Below, in pieces: positions 51,054-57,614 of a stretch of 57,614 bases of DNA. The number at the start of each line of letters is the position of its first letter. Within the stretch, counting starts at the first letter, position 1. The notes beneath the pieces were generated by a model. That model did not search any database. It saw nothing but the letters and a program-made list of their open reading frames with translations, and was not told the origin of the DNA. The translations under genes were made by a program, and so were the position numbers. Origin of the DNA: Catajapyx aquilonaris (taxonomy: Eukaryota); contig JYFJ02002400.1 in the NCBI GenBank assembly GCA_000934665.2, forward strand, positions 1-57,614, in the 5' to 3' direction.

Positions 51054-51151
51054 CGCCCTCACGATTTGAGCCTCGGTCGCACGTTTTGTCGTGCGACCGA
51101 CTTTGCGACCTAGCGTCTGGTCGTGCGACCGAGGCTCAAATCGTGAGGGCG
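51054..51151. mobile_element. 98-bp MITE with 30-bp perfect TIRs
   Basis: CGCCCTCACGATTTGAGCCTCGGTCGCACG ... CGTGCGACCGAGGCTCAAATCGTGAGGGCG; internal TGCGACC repeats; flanks TTA / TCA (possible decayed 3-bp TSD). Confidence 0.85.
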
Positions 51152-52504
51152 TCAACAGGCAGCGTGTTGCCAATAATAAGTCGAGTATAATGAAATCCAG
51201 TCCAGCAAGTGCGGTAGTTTGAGTAATGCATCGGGGCATGTGCTGTACGTTACTATACGTGTTGTGTCAGCTTGGCTCGGCTCGGCTTGGCTGGTGCCAA
51301 CGGCCCGCCAATTTGTTAATGATTCATTTAGCAAATGAGAGAGCGGGCAGCCTTTTCCACGCAAACCAGAATAGCCCCTGCCTGCGTCATAGACTAAAGG
51401 GCAGCAGCAACAGCACAAGAACTGAGCTGCTAATTTATTGTTCAGCAATGATTGTCCCACCATTATTTTTATGTAGTTTTTGGCCTCTCAGTCCCCTCCA
51501 AAAAATAGTGTCGTCTCGTCGCATCATTAAACCAAACCCTCTTTTGGTATCGCGATTTATTCATTTATGCCCGCCTTTTGGCCCGACTTTTTCGGCAAGC
51601 CCTGGGGGTTGGATTGGTCCACAACTAGTCCCCCCCCACTTTCCCCCTTGTCGCATGCTAATTTCGGGTCCGAGTCAAATAGATGATGAGTCAGACGTGC
51701 TCTCATTATCTAACTGCAGCGCAAATAGAGGGAAGTTAGCCGTCTTTGTGCCTCCAATTTCACATGATAATGCCGACTTATTTTGCTCCCAGGGACAGAG
51801 AGGGAAGGGGGGAGATTATGACGTTACATTTTCAATGGCCGAAAAAAAACAGGCGCTCCAATCTCTTCTGTCATATCCGGCCATGATGGTGTTACGAGTT
51901 AGTCACACCTAATATAATAATATTTATAAAAAAAGTGCTAATATCGAGTGACGTCACTTGAGGTTCTGAACAAGTTTGGTGGGAATCAGCACTTTCTGAA
52001 GCAATGAGTCGCGCACAAAAAAGTTTTTTACTCCTAGTTCCTTCTCTCTCTTTTTGAGTGTTGAGCACCTGAGGGACAATCCGGGCTGAAATGAAGACGT
52101 GGAGAAAAATAGGGGAGGCTGCAACCTGATCGGTATGCCGGAGGCAGGATTCCTCAAACAAAAGTTGCACCGCAGACTGCCCCCTCACCCTCCTCCTTCC
52201 CAAACTCCATTACTCCCCTCCTCTCCCCACACAGCTCGCCTTCCCCCCTTCTTTTATTCTCCTCCTCCTCCTCCTCTCGTTGGCGCTTTTTCTTTGCTGT
52301 TGGCTTTTTGGGCAGGGAAAGCACGTAACCCGTTCACTCCAATTGCTGGAGGGAGATGGAGTATAACTACCAAGACTCTGATTCTGTTTGGAAAAACACC
52401 ACTCAAAAAACGGAGTCACACAACTCAACAACAGCTATACATCGCTGTCTGACCATGCCTTCAAAATAGGACTTTTTTCCGGAACCAAAACTGTCAACAC
52501 GGTC

Positions 52505-53519
52505 AACAGAGCAGGGTGGCCAGATGAGAGGGAAATTTTGAGTTACTTGATCTGGCCACCCTTATCGAAGAAGCAGGGTAGACAGATAAATGCTTCGTCT
52601 GGCAACGGAGCAGGGTGGCCAGATGAGGGGGAAATTTACTTGATCTGGCAACCCTTATCGAAGAAGCAAGGTAGCCAGATAAATGCTTCGTCTGGCAACA
52701 GAACAGGGTGGTCAGATGAGGGAGAACTATGAGTTACTTGATCTGGCCACCCTTATCAAAGAAGCAAGGTAGCCAGATAAATGCTTCGTCTGGCAACAAC
52801 AGGGTGGCCAGATGAGGGGGAACTCAGAGTTACTTGATCTGGCCACCCTTATCGAAGAAGCAGGGTAGACAGATAAATGCTTCGTCTGGCAACGGAGCAG
52901 GGTGGCCAGATGAGGAGGAAATTTACCTGATCTGGCAACCCTTATCGAAGAAGCAAGGTAGCCAGATAAATGCTTCGTCTGGCAACAGAACGGGGTGGCC
53001 AGATGAGGGAGAACTATGAGTTACTTGATCTGGCCACCCTTATCACAGAAGCAAGGTAGCCAGATAAATGCTTCGTCTGGCAATAACAGGGTGGCCAGAT
53101 GAGGGGGAACTCTGAGTTACTTGATCTGGTCACCCTTATCGAAGCATCAGGGTGGCCAGATAAATGCTTCATCATGAGCAAAAATCGGAGTCCTTTGATC
53201 TGGTCACCCTGCTGTGTGGCCAGGTGTATCATCCATCTGGTGTGTTACCAGGTGCAACAGAGCAGGATGGCATATGAGGGAAAATACTGATGAGTTTCTT
53301 GATCTGGCAACAGAGCAGGGTGACCAGATGAGGGAAAATATGACTTCCTTCATCTGGCCACCCTCGTCGAAGCAGGGTGGCCAATCCATCCAATTAGCAG
53401 GGTGGCCCGATTAATGCTGCACCTTGCAACAGAGCAGGGTGACCAGATGAGGGGGAAATGGGAGTTCCTTGACCTTCATCGAAGCAGGGTGGCCAGTTGA
53501 ATGCTGCATCTGGCAACTG
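52505..53519. repeat. Minisatellite of 93-99-bp double-hairpin monomers with 287-bp higher-order repeat
   Basis: Monomer starts at 52505, 52604, 52697, 52795, 52891, 52984, 53082, then degenerate copies to 53519. Each has CAGGGTGGCCAGAT...ATCTGGCCACCCT plus GGTAGCCAGAT-AAATGCTTC-GTCTGGCAAC. Confidence 0.95.
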
Positions 53520-56500
53520 TTGCCAGGTTCTCTGACAATTTTTTTCTCCGCCAAGTCTACCTTGATTGGTGTGGAGTAGTCAGAGGAGTGCGACGGTAAA
53601 AATGCAATTTGCGATGGCAGCAAAGAGCCGAGGCGTCGTCGTAGCATCAAAATCTATGTCTCGACACCACAAGCGTCGACGGGCGCCCAGACTAATGGAA
53701 AACCCCTTTTTCGCCCTACTCCCCCCCACGCTACAAACACAGTCATTCTAACATCATTTTCGCCCTCGGTTTCACTTCCACAAATGACTCCACCGGAGTG
53801 ATGCCCCATATTTTTGGTCTCTGCCGTTCCCTCTCATCCTATATGGCAAATTTTTTTCTTCGTCTTCGAGCCAGCGCTTGTTAGAGGAAGAAAAACATTT
53901 TGTTGACGTGTCTAAATGCTCCAGGCTGTTGCAATCAGTTACGGATTACCAGGAAAAGCGTCAGGGTTTGTAAATTCCGGGATTCATTCGCTGGAAGTAT
54001 GCATCATCGGAATTTCCTGATAGCTCTTCGATGCCATTTTGCAAATATCGCTCACACTGTACAATAAGTAATATTTATATATAACTGAAATATTATTTAG
54101 CTTGCCCATAGCTGATCTGATCGAATGATGACGTTTGAATAGTGTTGATGCATCCCCGTCGGAATATGACGTATCCCAAGGGAGCATTGCAGGAAGTGCG
54201 ACGTGATGAAGCGTCGGATTAGTTAGTGTCACAAAGTGCAGTAAGCTGAGAAGAGTGTTGACAAGAGCTATCGGTTATGTAATCCCGACTTGATTGTGCC
54301 TGGTCCGGATTGATCCGGGCAGCAGGCGTGATGGAAGCCCCGGTTGATCCCAGCTGGATCAGGTCCTGCTGCCACTGGATCTCTCTCTATTTTTTACCTC
54401 TCTCTCTCTCTCCCTCTCCAACACACACCCAGGGTAGCCCAGGCATGGCAGCACACATCCAGAGAGAGTCTACCAAGCGCCAACAAGCACCACAAACAAC
54501 TCGAGCCTTTAAATTCAACGTGCCGGTCCCGAATTACTGCTGTTTCCCGAACCTGACCGAAGGGGTCAAAATCCACCCACACCCAACGAAAACTTCCCCT
54601 TAGGCCACGTTTCCAGCAGAGGTGGGGGGGACTGATATTGACCCAACCCAGCACCAATGGCCCACTCTTTCAACAAACTAACCCTGCTGTACACAGTGCT
54701 CCAGTTGGTGCAACACACCCGTCGATGACCCACGTGCACTGGACAAACAACCAAAAAAAAAACGCCTCGAATCAATCGCAGTTGCGACCAAAATCGCTGC
54801 TACTTTCGAATAAATGGGGTTTTGTGTCGTTGCTTAATCCGCGGGAAGAAAATCCTCTCGATTTCGTGTCCGGATAAAATCCGGGGAACAAGTTTTACAA
54901 GAGTCGTCGCCGGCAGGAAAAAGGGGGAGGAGAGAAACTTGCCGGCATTATGCGTCTTCAATATGGAGATTAGTCTTTTAAGTGCTTCATTTGCGTGCCG
55001 CTGTAATTGTTCTTCGGATATCTCATTTAAGTTTGGTCGAAGGGGGTGGTTGGGAGAGAAAAAGTTGGTAGAGAGTGGGGGGGGCTTATCAGAGAAACCC
55101 CGATTAAAATGAGTGGAAGCGAGGCATTAGTTTTGGGCCTAAGGTTTTCCAATTAGTGGGGTGGTGCTTCTGATAGTACCGATATCAATTGATGCGTGGG
55201 CTTTTATGCTGCATACACAACGTGTGTACAAAAAATATGCTTCCCCCAGCATCAGGGAAAGGGGGGGAAAAGTACATTGCGGGCAACCATGTGTGAAACT
55301 GGTACAGAAACGTGGGCTGTTGATAACGGGGCTTGCATTAATGGGCCAGCATTGTGCGGGAGTGGCCAGCCGAAAAAGGTCAGCATCACGCTGGACCCAC
55401 TGAGGGAGGGGGGGATGCGTATGTGCCTCGTAATGCACTAGCCATGTATAGGCACCCCAAAAAAAAAAGTTCAGCCGATTCCAACACTTCTGAATTCGCG
55501 ACTTCAGGCGACTAATCTGCCGGAAACTTCGGAGGCCTGCTGAACGGGGGCCTAATCATGGTCGGTGGGTTTGAAAATTTGGCGGTGGGCCACTGTGGTT
55601 GTACGCGAGTTCGGCGGGGGCATACCTCGGTTAAGGATATGAGAAAAGTTGATCCCGGGAAAGTTTCGCAACCGTGTTCTTCATTAAAGGAGCGGGCCAC
55701 ACGTTATTAGCTTAATACTGGAACGATTTGTAGACTGTGACAATTAGTAAAGCCGCACAATATAAATCACGTCCAAAGCAGGTCGTTGGCACGTGAAAAG
55801 GGGAGTTGTTGTATCTTCCCCCCATCGCGGCAGACAGCGATTAACATGCGATTCCTTTGAGTTTGTGAGGCAGAACCCGCCCGTGTCTTATAAATACAGC
55901 GTGTGCCCCGAGGCAAGTTTGGCCTCCAGACAATGCCTCCGTTCATTAGCAGCTCCCTTGTTAGTTCAACCAGAGGCAGTTCCGGCATTCCTCTTGATCA
56001 CCAGTCACAAACGGCATTTGAATCAGCCCAGGGACGGACACTTCTGTCTTCTTTGCTCACCGGTCCGTCACCAGTTTTTTTGGGGCCAAAGTCCTTAAGA
56101 CCCTCTCTTGAAACTTGCATCGTCGGCCCTCTTTAAGACGACGACGTAGGTCCCTTTTAACGGAGTTGACACACGAGTCTGGCAGTGGTTCGACAAGGCC
56201 CAGCACCCAAGGCAGCATATAAGGGGGAAAGGAGACTACCCGGTTACATATTCATGAAAACCTTTATTGAGCTTTTGCTCGGCTCTCTCCCAAAGGCAAA
56301 GTGACGCCCACGACTTGGAAATTCTGAATCAGCAGCATCCTTCGATTGCTGGTCTGGCTCTCTATATAGTCATTTCAATCGCATTTTTTTTGGCAACCAA
56401 TTTTTGAATCCCCATCTTGTGGATCTGCTGACAAAATGATCGCATTGATCGGATGACGCCCGTGTTTGATTTGTCCATCGGTATAGCAGGATATTGGCTG

Positions 56501-57302
56501 CTTGTATACCAGATGACCTTTCCCTCCCCTCTTCGGTGTGAGATTAAACTGGGAGAATACGCTTCATGGAGTCTTCCAGTCCGGTCAAATGGCCCTATTT
56601 TCTCCAGAGATTGAATTTGGCTCTTCTCCTGTGCTGCTTCTGCCAGCAGAGGTGGTTCGTATATATGTGGTTTTTGGCGGGGGGAAGGAGGAGTATCCAT
56701 CCCTCCCCAAAAAAGCGGGGAAAAAGCATCGTCAAATGCGATCCATCCTACTCCAGCTGCTGCCGGAGAAAGCAAACTGGATTTCTTGTTCATCAGTGTT
56801 TGTTGATGGATATTGAGCCTTTCAGCCGCTGCTCTAAGAACCTCCAAACACGCTTCTTTTTCGGGTGCGGCCCAGAGATAAACGCGCCAACGCCCCCCCN
56901 NNNNNNNCCCCCCCCTCACCCTTCCTCCTCCCCCAAAAAAGAAGGAAGAGCATTTCCTTCCAAAAACGCCTTTTTCCTCTCGTACAGCTCGATACCCTCC
57001 CAACCGACCGACCCAAACTTTGTTCCCAACTCGTTATTATTGGGACGCGACCGAATTTTTGCACTCGATACTTTTCGATGCGACTATAACGACACGTGAT
57101 TGGATGGTTACAAGAGAAGCTATTTGGCCCCCCCGAGGGTAAACCCGTTTTTTTTTTTGCGTTATCGTGAACTCTGTGATGGATTTGCCTCTGGACAAAA
57201 AAAAAGGGTCTGGACAAGTCGATAGTGTCCAGACATGAATATGTGGATTATCTGATGTCGATATGTTGTACTGATGTCAATTTTTTTCTCTCTCTTTCGC
57301 AG

Positions 57303-57354
57303 GGACCGGATAGTGAGGGTGAACCTCAGCAATATTAGCCATACGGACTGTGCG
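57303..57354 (+). CDS. Sema2a: Semaphorin-2A-like, third coding exon (Sema domain)
   Basis: Acceptor TTTTTTTCTCTCTCTTTCGCAG ends at 57302, donor GTAAGT at 57355. AT+G completes Met, then DRIVRVNLSNISHTDCA, matching the recalled Sema-2a continuation DRVFRVNLQNISSSNC. Phase fits the previous exon. Confidence 0.95.
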
Positions 57355-57614
57355 GTAAGTACTTTCACCCTCTATCCATAAAATTAATCCTTTGTTGATT
57401 GACCGACGCCTCTTATTATTGGTCTGCCGCATATTGTTACCGCGAAGTGGCCCGATCACATAAGAGGCGCAAACATTCGATTTCCGCTTCTCTCTGTTTG
57501 GGGCCGTTGCCAAGGCTGGCGGCCATTTTGAAGTGTGGGCAACGCCAACGAGGTATAAATAGGGTACAGGCAAAAATAGGATCCGCCATCTTTGATTCGC
57601 GCGTGTTCTTGCCG
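57355..57614 (+). other. Sema2a: Start of next Sema2a intron (runs off the window)
   Basis: Perfect GTAAGT donor after exon 57303-57354; the rest of the Sema, PSI and Ig domains are not in the window. Confidence 0.9.

Larger units (their letters stand above)
38005..57302 (+). other. Sema2a: Sema2a intron (19,298 bp, GT-AG, phase 2)
   Basis: GTGAGT ... polypyrimidine-CAG; the join gives LYVGAMDRIVRVNL with no gap relative to known class-2 semaphorins. Confidence 0.92.

Noticed and set aside
52505..53519. Regular palindromic repeats resembling a CRISPR array
   Set aside because: Eukaryotic intron, no cas genes, and the between-repeat sequences are themselves repeated rather than unique spacers.
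54125..54249. C/D-box snoRNA (ATGATGA ... CTGA)
   Set aside because: No terminal stem and no recognisable rRNA/snRNA antisense element.
16464..56914. N bases within long poly-G/poly-C tracts
   Set aside because: Sequencing or assembly uncertainty at homopolymers; tract lengths are unreliable, so no G-quadruplex claim is made.

Overview
Eukaryotic (invertebrate, arthropod-like) genomic DNA that is almost entirely non-coding; none of the ORFs in the supplied track resembles a real protein. The window holds the 5' part of a class-2 secreted semaphorin gene (Sema-2a-like) on the + strand. Three small coding exons (8636-8807, 37917-38004, 57303-57354) splice in phase to MGGMIRRGWCRPSRLVLCLVLLALANHCLEQVRADSQEHLGVYFESPCCGRHLRHHR-N-HVREFTCGKLYYRTFYLDSKRDALYVGA-M-DRIVRVNLSNISHTDCA, across introns of 29,109 and 19,298 bp; the gene continues beyond the window. 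The introns and upstream region carry many foldback MITEs, a hairpin-built minisatellite with a 287-bp higher-order repeat, a dispersed repeat with a well-conserved ~25-bp core and a candidate recursive (AG|GT) splice site. The most unusual element is a 155-bp TG...CA foldback abutting a CCA-containing copy of the tRNA-Lys(CUU) 3' end in exact LTR/primer-binding-site geometry, with its single mismatch at tRNA position 58 (m1A58). All family assignments come from reading the sequence and recalled consensus sequences; no database searches were run.
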